From contig DSAD01000216.1 in NCBI GenBank assembly GCA_011372875.1, positions 1-52,652 on the forward strand: DNA of 52,652 bases, written 5' to 3'. Positions within the stretch are counted from its first letter, which is position 1, and every line of letters begins with the position of its first letter. The notes below the pieces were generated by a model that did no database searches, was not told the origin of the DNA, and worked only from the letters and a program-made list of their open reading frames with translations. This stretch comes from Deltaproteobacteria bacterium. Lineage in GTDB: Bacteria > Desulfobacterota > Desulfomonilia > UBA1062. The translations under genes were made by a program, and so were the position numbers. This document shows positions 33,111 to 43,273 of this stretch, one piece after another.

Positions 33111-34397
33111 GTGAGAAATTCAGATATGTTTACAAAGGCAAAGCAGTTTATACCCGGCGGTGTGAATTCTCCTGTCAGGGCATTTACCAGGGTCGGGGGT
33201 ATCCCCCGGTTCATCGACATGGCTCAAGGGGCCTTTCTCTATGACCTGGAAGGGAAAGAATATATCGATCATGTACTCTCCTGGGGGCCGATGATCCTCG
33301 GGCACTGCCATCATGCTGTTGTCGATGCAGTCATACGGCAGGCACACACAGGCATGAGTTACGGGGCGCCGACCGAGGCCGAGGTCCTCATGGCGGAACT
33401 TATCTGCTCGGCTGTATCATCTGTTGACACGGTAAGGTTCGTGAATTCAGGCACGGAAGCTGCGATGAGCGTCATTCGACTTGCCAGGGCATTTACCGGA
33501 AGGGATCTCGTGGTGAAGTTTCAGGGGTGCTACCACGGGCATGTAGACGCTCTGCTGGTTAAGGCAGGCTCAGGGGCGCTGACATTCGGGGTTGCCGACA
33601 CATCAGGGGTTCCTGAAGTGATTGCAGCCACAACAGCCGTGCTTGAGTATAATGATATCAACGGATTCGAGAGATTCATGAATGAGCACGGGGGAAAGGT
33701 TGCGGCGGTTATCGTCGAACCTGTAGCCGGGAATATGGGTGTGGTTCTTCCGCAAGCAGGGTTCCTGGAGATGCTGCGTGAACAGACCAGCTCACATGGG
33801 GCGCTTCTGGTCTTCGACGAGGTGATAACAGGCTTCAGGTTCTGTTTTGGCGGATACCAGGATCTTGTCGGAATCAGACCAGACCTGACCTGTCTCGGCA
33901 AGATAATAGGCGGGGGCATGCCGGTTGGTGCATTCGGCGGCAGAGCCGATATCATGAAAATGCTCGCGCCTGAAGGACCGGTGTATCAGGCAGGGACACT
34001 CTCCGGGAATCCTCTGGCAATGGCTGCAGGTCTTGCCACCTTGACAGTGCTCAGGGAATCCGATCCGTATGAGGGTCTTGCCCTTTCCATGGACCGGCTC
34101 ATGGGATCGTTCAGAAGCGGTTCTGAAAAGGCAGGCATCCCTCTGACAGTAAACCAGACAGGTTCAATGGCAGGCATCTTCTTTCAGCAAGGTCCTGTGG
34201 AGCGGTTTGATGATGTCATGGCTTCAAATACGAAAAGGTATGCACGTTTCTTCCATGCCATGCTTGATCAGGGTGTTTATCTGGCGCCTTCTCCGTTTGA
34301 AGCACTCTTCATAAGTACTGCACATACCGCAGAGGTGCTTGAAAAAACAGCAGCGTCAGCGCATAAAGCGTTTCTTATGCTCTCAGGTCAGGTATAA
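33111..34397 (+). CDS. hemL: Glutamate-1-semialdehyde 2,1-aminomutase
   Basis: FIPGGVNSPVRAF is present, and the PLP lysine region reads CLGKIIGGGMPVGAFGG. The start could be the GTG at 33111 or the ATG at 33126. Confidence 0.9.
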   Translation: MRNSDMFTKAKQFIPGGVNSPVRAFTRVGGIPRFIDMAQGAFLYDLEGKEYIDHVLSWGPMILGHCHHAVVDAVIRQAHTGMSYGAPTEAEVLMAELICSAVSSVDTVRFVNSGTEAAMSVIRLARAFTGRDLVVKFQGCYHGHVDALLVKAGSGALTFGVADTSGVPEVIAATTAVLEYNDINGFERFMNEHGGKVAAVIVEPVAGNMGVVLPQAGFLEMLREQTSSHGALLVFDEVITGFRFCFGGYQDLVGIRPDLTCLGKIIGGGMPVGAFGGRADIMKMLAPEGPVYQAGTLSGNPLAMAAGLATLTVLRESDPYEGLALSMDRLMGSFRSGSEKAGIPLTVNQTGSMAGIFFQQGPVERFDDVMASNTKRYARFFHAMLDQGVYLAPSPFEALFISTAHTAEVLEKTAASAHKAFLMLSGQV

Positions 34398-36810
34398 CGG
34401 GTTTCTCACTGCTGAGTCTGTCTGCGCAGACAAGGGGAAGGACGTCTTGTTTTGAATCCGGGAAAGCGAGCTTGAGCACTTCATCAATATTCTCGACATA
34501 GTGAATATGGATGTCCTTGAGAACCTTGCCCTCGATGTCTCTTAGGTCTTTCCGGTTCATCTTTGGCAAAATGATCTCCGTAATCCCTTCGCGCCGGGCG
34601 GCGAGCACTTTTTCCTTGATGCCTCCAACAGGCAGTACCACACCTCGAAGGGTTATCTCCCCGGTCATGGCGAGGTTTTCACGGACAACCGTAGAGGTGA
34701 TGAGCGAGATGATGGATGTTACTATGGTAACGCCGGCAGACGGACCGTCTTTCGGGATGGCACCTGCCGGTACATGAATATGGATGACCCTGTTCTGTTC
34801 AATTGCATGGCCGGCGCTCTTGATCACGCTCAGCGCGATCCGTGCGGATTCTTTCATGACGTCACCCATCTGTCCGGTCAGGATCATCTCGTCCTTGCCG
34901 TCTACAATGGCTGATTCGACAAAGAGGATCTCTCCGCCGAAAGGCGTCCATGCAAGCCCGGTTGCAATCCCCGGGATGCTGGTCCTGTCTTTGGCCTCCC
35001 GGATAAAACGTATTGGCCCCAGGGCTTCTTCGACAAATGAGCTGTCCACGATGAAGTCATCCCCTCCATGCTTGGCAACCTTCGATGCAATGACCCGCAG
35101 GCACGATGCGATCTCCCTCTGGAGATTTCTTACCCCGGATTCTCTTGTATAATGGCGTATGATGTATTCGATAGCCTGATCGGTGAAATCGATAGCGGTC
35201 TTTTCAAGCCCGTTTACATCCTGTTCTTTCGGGAGAAGGTAGTTCCTTGCAATCTGGAGCTTGTCCTCCTGGGTGTAGCCTTCTATCTCTACGATCTCCA
35301 TGCGGTCTCTCAATGCAATGGGGATCGTGTCTATCATGTTTGCCGTCGTGATGAAAAAGACGCCTGAGAGATCGTAGGGTACATTAAGGTAGTGATCGAC
35401 GAAATGGCTGTTCTGCTCCGGGTCGAGCGCCTCGAGCAGAGCGGACGAGGGGTCGCCGTGGATATCATGGGAAAGCTTGTCGATCTCGTCGAGCATGAAC
35501 ACGGGGTTGGTTTTACCGGCCAGTTTTATCCCGTTTATGATCCTGCCCGGCATGGCCCCGATATATGTTCGCCTGTGCCCGCGTATCTCGGCCTCATCCC
35601 TCACCCCTCCAAGGGATATGCGTATGAATTCTCTGCCCATGGCGCGGGCAATTGACCTTCCGAGCGAGGTTTTGCCCACACCGGGAGGACCGACAAAACA
35701 CAGGATAGGGCCTTTCAGATCGTCTTTGAGTTTCTTTACCGAGAGATATTCGAGGATTCTCTTTTTCGGGTTTTTGAGGTTGAAGTGGTCTTTGTTCAGG
35801 ATTTCCTCAGCATTGATGATATCCAGGTTGTCCGTTGATGCTTCATTCCATGCAAGGTCAATGATCCAGTCAAGATACGTCCTGATAGTGACGTATTCGG
35901 ATGAGCCGGGCTGCATGCGTGAGATACGTTTGAGATCCTTCTGAATCTCCTTTGCCACCTCTTCAGGAAGTCCTTTTGCCTCGATCTCCCTCTTCAACTC
36001 GTCCATCTCGTCTTCAACATTTCCGGGTGTCTCTCCCAATTCCTTCCTGATGGTCTTGAGCTGCTGTCTGAGATAGTATTCACGCTGGGCATTGTTGATC
36101 TCGCCCCTGGCCTTTTCCGTAATCTTTGAAGACAGTTCCAGGATTTCCAGCTCTTCGCGCAATGTCTCGTATAAAACGGTGTATTTTTCGAAGAAGCCGG
36201 TTTCTTCAAGGATCTGCTGTTTCTTTAACAAGGGGATGGGCAGATTGGTTGTTGCTGTGCTCAGCAGCATCGATGGGTCCCTGATCTTGGAAATGTTAGA
36301 CAGCACTGTATCGAGGTTGTGATATGAAAGTCGTGCAAGCTGCCCCAATGTTTCACGTGTTGAGAGCGCAATGGCATAGACCTGTCTGTCAGGCTCGAGA
36401 TCTTCTGTGAGGTATGAAATACGGGCCTTCAGAAACGGCGTGTCGGCAGACTTTTCTTCAAGGGAGACCTTTTTGATGCCCTTGATCATTATTGACAGTC
36501 CGCTGTTCTTTGAAGGGGTTATTTTGGTTATCCTTGCCATGCACCCGATTCTGAACAGGTTTTCCCACTGTACCGGTTCGATCTCTGCGGGTTCCTTCAT
36601 GCCAACGGCTGCCACGGGTGAGGCACTGTCATAGAGTTCTTTTACCAGGGAGACGGATGCTGGGTTCGATACAAGCAGAGGCAATACTCCGTTCGGTAGG
36701 AGGATAGCGTCTTTCAGCGGCAGTACAGGGAGTATTTCCGGATATCCTTGCTCTTCGGTAAAAGGCTTTTCTTCAAGGTTGCGGCTCAAGATATTCTTTA
36801 TCCAGTCCAT
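34375..36810 (-). CDS. lon: ATP-dependent Lon protease
   Basis: It has a LON N-terminal domain, Walker A GPPGVGKTS, Walker B FMLDEIDK and the protease Ser in PKDGPSAGVT. Confidence 0.95.
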   Translation of the reverse strand: MDWIKNILSRNLEEKPFTEEQGYPEILPVLPLKDAILLPNGVLPLLVSNPASVSLVKELYDSASPVAAVGMKEPAEIEPVQWENLFRIGCMARITKITPSKNSGLSIMIKGIKKVSLEEKSADTPFLKARISYLTEDLEPDRQVYAIALSTRETLGQLARLSYHNLDTVLSNISKIRDPSMLLSTATTNLPIPLLKKQQILEETGFFEKYTVLYETLREELEILELSSKITEKARGEINNAQREYYLRQQLKTIRKELGETPGNVEDEMDELKREIEAKGLPEEVAKEIQKDLKRISRMQPGSSEYVTIRTYLDWIIDLAWNEASTDNLDIINAEEILNKDHFNLKNPKKRILEYLSVKKLKDDLKGPILCFVGPPGVGKTSLGRSIARAMGREFIRISLGGVRDEAEIRGHRRTYIGAMPGRIINGIKLAGKTNPVFMLDEIDKLSHDIHGDPSSALLEALDPEQNSHFVDHYLNVPYDLSGVFFITTANMIDTIPIALRDRMEIVEIEGYTQEDKLQIARNYLLPKEQDVNGLEKTAIDFTDQAIEYIIRHYTRESGVRNLQREIASCLRVIASKVAKHGGDDFIVDSSFVEEALGPIRFIREAKDRTSIPGIATGLAWTPFGGEILFVESAIVDGKDEMILTGQMGDVMKESARIALSVIKSAGHAIEQNRVIHIHVPAGAIPKDGPSAGVTIVTSIISLITSTVVRENLAMTGEITLRGVVLPVGGIKEKVLAARREGITEIILPKMNRKDLRDIEGKVLKDIHIHYVENIDEVLKLAFPDSKQDVLPLVCADRLSSEKPVIPDLRA

Positions 36811-36856
36811 GGGTTATTTGTAGGGGATCATTCCTGTAAAGTCAATCAATGTCCGG

Positions 36857-37858
36857 CTATGAAGAATGTAAACAGGTAAAGGGCGGCAGTTTGGATCCGT
36901 CCTTGACCTCGGAATCTTCAATGATGCAGGAATGTCCGACAAAACTTGCTTTGCCGATCCTGGAATTTCTGATCCATGCACCCGGCATGATCCTGGTCTG
37001 AGACTCTATACAGCTGTTTCCCAGGACATGGATATGAGGCCATAATTCCACATCAGGCTCAACCTTTGCCGTGGGACTGATCCAGGTGGTGTCCGGGTCG
37101 ATCATGGTCACGCCTGATTCCATGATGTTTTCGTTGATTCTGCGCTGCATAAGCCCAGCTGCATGGGCAAGCTGGGAACGTGAATTGATGCCGTGTGCCT
37201 CATTGTAGTCGCCGGCAGTGTAGGACGCGGCATATTCGGCCATTGCAACGATATCGGTCAGATAGAATTCCCCCTTTGCATTGTCGGGAGAGAGTCTTTG
37301 CACGGCCTGCAGCAGGAATTCCTTGTTGATGATGTATACGCCGGTATTGATCTCGTGAATCTGTTTCTGTTCCCGTGTCGCTTCGGCCTCTTCCACTATT
37401 GAACACACACGGTTGTCTGAATCCCGCACGATCCTTCCATAGCCGAAGGGTTCCGGGAGTTCTGCCGTAAGTATACCAATGGGAGCATTGGATTCCTTAT
37501 AGATATCAACGAGCCGGGCAAGAGATTCTGTACTGATAAGCGGCATGTCGCCGGGCAGGATAACTATATCTTGTTCGGCAATGGTCTCAAGGACGGGTTT
37601 TGTCATAAGGATCGCATGCCCTGTACCCAGGGGAGGGTCCTGCACCACCTGGATGATGGAGAAGGTGTCCATGTAGGGGCCCACGATGTCTCTCCCGTGG
37701 CCGACCACGCTGATGATGGCGCTGCTGATCTCCTGCGCGAGACGGATGGAATAATACACAAGCGGCATCCCGAGGATCTCGTGCATTACCTTCGGTTTGT
37801 CAGATTTTAATCTGGTGCCTTTCCCTGCGGCAAGTATTATGGTACAAGTATTCAACAT
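36857..37858 (-). CDS. GlmU-like sugar-1-phosphate uridylyltransferase with a truncated hexapeptide domain
   Basis: The N-terminus reads IILAAGKGTRLKSDKPKVMHEILGMPL. Only the first few left-handed beta-helix turns are present, and the ORF stops at 333 aa. Only 46 nt separate the stop from the lon start. Confidence 0.7.
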   Translation of the reverse strand: MLNTCTIILAAGKGTRLKSDKPKVMHEILGMPLVYYSIRLAQEISSAIISVVGHGRDIVGPYMDTFSIIQVVQDPPLGTGHAILMTKPVLETIAEQDIVILPGDMPLISTESLARLVDIYKESNAPIGILTAELPEPFGYGRIVRDSDNRVCSIVEEAEATREQKQIHEINTGVYIINKEFLLQAVQRLSPDNAKGEFYLTDIVAMAEYAASYTAGDYNEAHGINSRSQLAHAAGLMQRRINENIMESGVTMIDPDTTWISPTAKVEPDVELWPHIHVLGNSCIESQTRIMPGAWIRNSRIGKASFVGHSCIIEDSEVKDGSKLPPFTCLHSS

Positions 37859-37942
37859 TGTGGTGCACTGCTATCATAAACAGGGTTGTTTCGCAAGATA
37901 CGATATACCATTATTCTTGTAAAAGCCCCGTGTATTTGTTAA

Positions 37943-39024
<1,082 letters not shown>

Positions 39025-39025
<1 letters not shown>

Positions 39026-39843
39026 TGGGACGCAGTAGTACAAGGGCCTTCTTATTATTTATAGCTGCTGCCGTTATTCTTGTACTGATCTCTCTGGGCC
39101 AGTACAGTTCATCATCTTTCGGTATCAAGTTTGTTCGCGAAGGATATTTTGTATTCGAACGGATCATCACGGCCCCGTTTACCTTAATAGGACATATCTG
39201 GCGAGACTATGTGTTTCTGGTAAATGCCAGGGAGGAAAACACGGATCTCAAGAAGCGACTCGATGAGATGAGGGTTCAAGGCATGATCCTGGAAGAACTT
39301 AGATCAGAAAACAAGCGGTTTAGGACCATGCTGGATTTCAAGGAAACACATAAGGAATTTACCCTTTATCCTGCAAGTCTGCTTACCCAGGACATTACCC
39401 TGATCTATAAGACCGCTGTTGTTGACAAAGGTTCGCGCAGCAGATTCTTCATCGATATGCCCATAGTCAATCCTGATGGCGTTGTGGGCAAGGTTGTCGG
39501 GGTTTCATTCAATACTTCACAGATTCTGCTCATCACCGATCCCAACAGTGCAATCCCCGCTCTCATTGAATCCACACGTATAAAAGGTATCGTAAAAGGC
39601 ACTGGAGGGGAAAGCGTCAGCCTTGAATATGTCCGCAGTTCCGAGGACATCCATATCGGGGACAAGGTGATCACATCGGGCTTGCTCGGTATATTTCCCA
39701 AAGGGCTTGCGATAGGATACGTGCGGGATATCAGGAAAGACGAACACAAGATCTTTGCCGATATCCTTCTGACTCCCTGTGTGGACATGCAGAGGATTGA
39801 GGGAATATTTGGAATAGGCCGGGATGTGGCGACTACAGACTAG
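39025..39843 (+). CDS. mreC: Rod-shape-determining protein MreC
   Basis: An N-terminal TM is followed by a coiled coil (ENTDLKKRLDEMRVQ) and two beta-barrel-type repeats (GVVGKVVGV, ITSGLLGIFPKGLAIG). The ATG at 39025 overlaps the mreB TGA. Confidence 0.85.
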
Positions 39844-40297
39844 TTTATTCGGGATACTGTTTCTGATTATCTTCATGGAGGTGAGTATTATCCCCTTCAT
39901 ATGGTCTGACCTGCGGGTGAATTTTTTTATCGGTATGATCATTGGTCTGATCATCTACATCCCTTTTTCCCAGGGATTTCCCTTTGTAATACTTGCAGCC
40001 CTTGTTCTGCAGGCCTTTTCAGGTGCACGGATCGGATTGATACCTCTGATATATATCATCGTTTTTCTCTCTCTCGATGTAATAAAGAGTCTTCTTTATT
40101 TTGAGAATGTTTATACGCAGATTGCCCTCGGTTTTTTCTATTACATTGCAATCATAGGCATTTCCCTCACTTTTACAGGAGCCGCAGGGCTTGAGGAGAA
40201 AATACCATACCTGTTAATCGGGGCGATGTTAACGGGTGCTATAAGCCCGGCCATGGTTTATATCGTGAGCCGTCTGCAGAAGATATATGAGTCATAA
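39824..40297 (+). CDS. mreD: Rod-shape-determining protein MreD
   Basis: A 157-aa polytopic membrane protein in the canonical position between mreC and mrdA. Confidence 0.7.
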   Translation: MWRLQTSLFGILFLIIFMEVSIIPFIWSDLRVNFFIGMIIGLIIYIPFSQGFPFVILAALVLQAFSGARIGLIPLIYIIVFLSLDVIKSLLYFENVYTQIALGFFYYIAIIGISLTFTGAAGLEEKIPYLLIGAMLTGAISPAMVYIVSRLQKIYES

Positions 40298-42107
40298 TCT
40301 TACCGGTCCGGAGCTTGAAGAGGCGTTGCGATGGAAGGCAAAGATGCTTATGATCTTTGTGTTCGTATTGTTCTGCATTCTGCTGCTGCGGCTCGTGAAC
40401 ATGCAGATATTCAACGGCTCTTATTATGAGGGCCTGTCCAGCAACAACAGAATTCGCATTGTCAGTATCAATGCAACCAGAGGCAAGATTCTCGACAGAA
40501 ACAAAGAGGTCCTCGCAGATAACAGGCCGGCATACAACCTGAAGATAATGCCCGAGGACATTCGGAATGTTCATGATATCTCCGGGCGTCTGGGTCTGTT
40601 GCTGGAACAGAATAATAGAGATATCATTGAAAAGATCACCCAGTCGAAGATGAGACCTTACGATCCGGTGACAATAGCCAGAGACATAAGTTTCGACCAG
40701 GTTGCACGCATAGAGGCCGAGCTTTTTACCCTGCCGGGGGTTTCCATCGATGCAACGAATGAAAGGGACTATGTGTTCAAGGATCTGGCCTCGCATATCC
40801 TTGGTTTCCTTGGGGAGATATCACGAAAGGAGCTGCAGAGGGGACAGACGCGCGAATATGTAAGCGGTGATCTGATCGGCAAGACAGGAATAGAATTCTC
40901 CTGTGAAGATGAACTTCGCGGGGTAAAGGGTGCCCGGGTGTTCGAGGTGGATGCCCTCGGGCGAAAGATCAAGATCCTCAGTGAACGTCCTGCTGTTCCC
41001 GGAAATGATATCGTACTTACCATTGATAAAAGATTACAGCTCGTTGCGAAAGAATCGCTTCGGAGCCGTTCAGGGGCAGTGGTTGCTTTGGTGCCGTCTA
41101 CGGGCGAGGTCCTTGTCATGACATCCTCGCCGGGATATGATCCGAATATGTTCATGTCTCCAATGGCACCCGAGGCATGGAAACAGATATCGGAAGATCC
41201 GCTGCATCCGCTCGAGAACAGGGCAATAAGGGGCCAGTATCCACCCGCATCGATATTCAAGGTGGTTGTCGCTATTGCAGGTCTTGCCACAAAGACCATA
41301 GCGCCGCAGGAAAAGATCTTCTGCCCGGGAGACTATACACTGGGGGCAAATACATACCGATGCTGGAAAACGGATGGTCATGGTGATATTTCCATGGTCA
41401 GGGCGATCAGCGAATCCTGCGATGTATATTTTTATAAGCTCGGTGAGATGCTGGGCATAGACCGGATATCAAAGTATGCATCTGATCTGGGTTTCGGAAA
41501 ACCGACTGGAATTGAGCTCAGGGATGAACTTTCCGGCATAAACCCGACAAGACAGTGGAAGCAGAAGCGTTTCGGCAGTTCCTGGAAACCCGGGGATACG
41601 ATCATCACGTCCATCGGTCAGGGGTATAATCTGGTGACCCCGCTTCAGGTGGCAAAGGCCATGAGCGCGCTCGTAAACGGTGGGAGGTTATATAAACCGA
41701 GCATTATTGTCTCTCAGGGAGAACATCTGGAAGGGGAACTTGAGTTTGGCAAGGCGGATCTTGATATCATAAAGGCAGGATTGAGATCGGTTGTCGATGG
41801 GGAGCTGGGAACTGCACGCCACATTCACAACCCCATGTTTGCTGTCGGAGGTAAGACAGGGACAGCACAGGTGGCAAGAGGATATTCATCAAAACTTCCG
41901 GACGAATCGGATCTTCCCTATCACCTGCGGGATCATGCCTGGTTCTTTGGTTTTTCCCCTGTGGAGACACCGGAGATCCTTGTCGTCGCAGTTGTGGAAC
42001 ACGGGGGACACGGCGGCAGCATAGCTGCACCTATTGTCAGGGACGTGATAAAAGAGTTTTACTTTCTCAAAGGCATGGAAGATGAGCAGATACGCGAAGA
42101 TAACTGA
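40287..42107 (+). CDS. mrdA: Penicillin-binding protein 2 (elongasome transpeptidase)
   Basis: It has a TM anchor, SxxK in ASIFK, an SxD-type motif in SESCDVYFY, and KTGTA. Confidence 0.9.
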   Translation: MSHNLTGPELEEALRWKAKMLMIFVFVLFCILLLRLVNMQIFNGSYYEGLSSNNRIRIVSINATRGKILDRNKEVLADNRPAYNLKIMPEDIRNVHDISGRLGLLLEQNNRDIIEKITQSKMRPYDPVTIARDISFDQVARIEAELFTLPGVSIDATNERDYVFKDLASHILGFLGEISRKELQRGQTREYVSGDLIGKTGIEFSCEDELRGVKGARVFEVDALGRKIKILSERPAVPGNDIVLTIDKRLQLVAKESLRSRSGAVVALVPSTGEVLVMTSSPGYDPNMFMSPMAPEAWKQISEDPLHPLENRAIRGQYPPASIFKVVVAIAGLATKTIAPQEKIFCPGDYTLGANTYRCWKTDGHGDISMVRAISESCDVYFYKLGEMLGIDRISKYASDLGFGKPTGIELRDELSGINPTRQWKQKRFGSSWKPGDTIITSIGQGYNLVTPLQVAKAMSALVNGGRLYKPSIIVSQGEHLEGELEFGKADLDIIKAGLRSVVDGELGTARHIHNPMFAVGGKTGTAQVARGYSSKLPDESDLPYHLRDHAWFFGFSPVETPEILVVAVVEHGGHGGSIAAPIVRDVIKEFYFLKGMEDEQIREDN

Positions 42108-43173
42108 TAATATAGACTGGGGGCTCATAGGCACTACATTTGCCATAATCTTTATCGGGCTTGCCTGTCTGTACAGTTCTGCAGGGGAATCGAACCCCGC
42201 GATCTTTTATAAGCAGATCATCTGGATTCTCACAGGCACACTGGTGATGGCGGTTGTTTTTATCATTGATTACCGGGTGCTCATGTATTCAGCATGGCCG
42301 CTGTATGTCTTCGTCATTGCCGCCTTGATACTGGTCCTTGTCTTCGGCAAAGAGATATCAGGGGCCAGAAGGTGGATATCCTTAGGGCCCATGGGTATTC
42401 AACCCTCGGAACTGGCTAAGATTACCGTGATTATCTGGATGGGATACTGGGGTGAAACCAAGAAGCATATCCAGGGATATGGTATTCGGGAACTGATCGT
42501 GCCTGCCTTTTTTATGATCATACCCATCGTGCTCATACTTGCCGAGCCGGACCTCGGTACTGCGGGTATTGTTGCCTTTATAGCGCTGATCATGTTTCTG
42601 CTTCTCGGAATAAAGCGCTCGACCCTGATTGCATTCGGCATGCTGTTTATCGCCGGTATGCCTTTTGCCTGGATTTCTTTAAAGGAGTACCAGCGTGTCA
42701 GAATACTCTCGTTCCTGGATCCTTCACGGGATCCTCTCGGGAGCGGTTATCATGCCATGCAATCGAAGATAGCAGTAGGATCCGGAGGTCTTGCAGGAAA
42801 GGGGTTTCTTGAGGGAAGCCAGACCCAGCTTCGTTTTCTGCCAGAGCATCACACGGACTTCATCTTTTCAGTGGTCGCCGAAGAGTGGGGATTCGTGGGT
42901 TCATCCCTGCTCATAGTCCTCTATCTCATACTGATTACCAAGATCATATCCATGGGAACCAAGGCCAAGGATCGTTTCGGGAGCATGCTGTGTTTCGGGA
43001 TTGCAGGGTATTTTACTCTGCATATCTTCATAAATATAGCCATGGCTGTCGGGATATTCCCGGTTGTGGGAGTGCCCCTGCCGTTCATCAGTTACGGTGG
43101 TTCCTTCATGCTCATGAACCTGATATGTATCGGGATTATCCTGAACATCTCCTGGAGAAGGTTTATCTTCTGA
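42082..43173 (+). CDS. rodA: SEDS-family peptidoglycan polymerase RodA
   Basis: The protein is polytopic and carries GSGGLAGKGFLEGSQTQLRFLPEHHTDFIFS, characteristic of FtsW/RodA/SpoVE. Confidence 0.9.
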   Translation: MSRYAKITDNIDWGLIGTTFAIIFIGLACLYSSAGESNPAIFYKQIIWILTGTLVMAVVFIIDYRVLMYSAWPLYVFVIAALILVLVFGKEISGARRWISLGPMGIQPSELAKITVIIWMGYWGETKKHIQGYGIRELIVPAFFMIIPIVLILAEPDLGTAGIVAFIALIMFLLLGIKRSTLIAFGMLFIAGMPFAWISLKEYQRVRILSFLDPSRDPLGSGYHAMQSKIAVGSGGLAGKGFLEGSQTQLRFLPEHHTDFIFSVVAEEWGFVGSSLLIVLYLILITKIISMGTKAKDRFGSMLCFGIAGYFTLHIFINIAMAVGIFPVVGVPLPFISYGGSFMLMNLICIGIILNISWRRFIF

Positions 43174-43204
43174 TGATCTCAACTGTTTATGGGTTTATTG
43201 CAAT

Positions 43205-43238
43205 AAAAAAAGCCCGACTGTTCAGCCGGACTTTTTGG
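43205..43238. terminator. Possible bidirectional terminator between convergent rodA and the TagA-STAS gene
   Basis: An A7 tract is followed by the imperfect hairpin ccgact-gttc-agccgg (one A/C mismatch) and then actttttgg. The stem is weak, so confidence is low. Confidence 0.35.
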
Positions 43239-43273
43239 TCATACGAGACAAGATGTTAAATAAGTATGGTATG

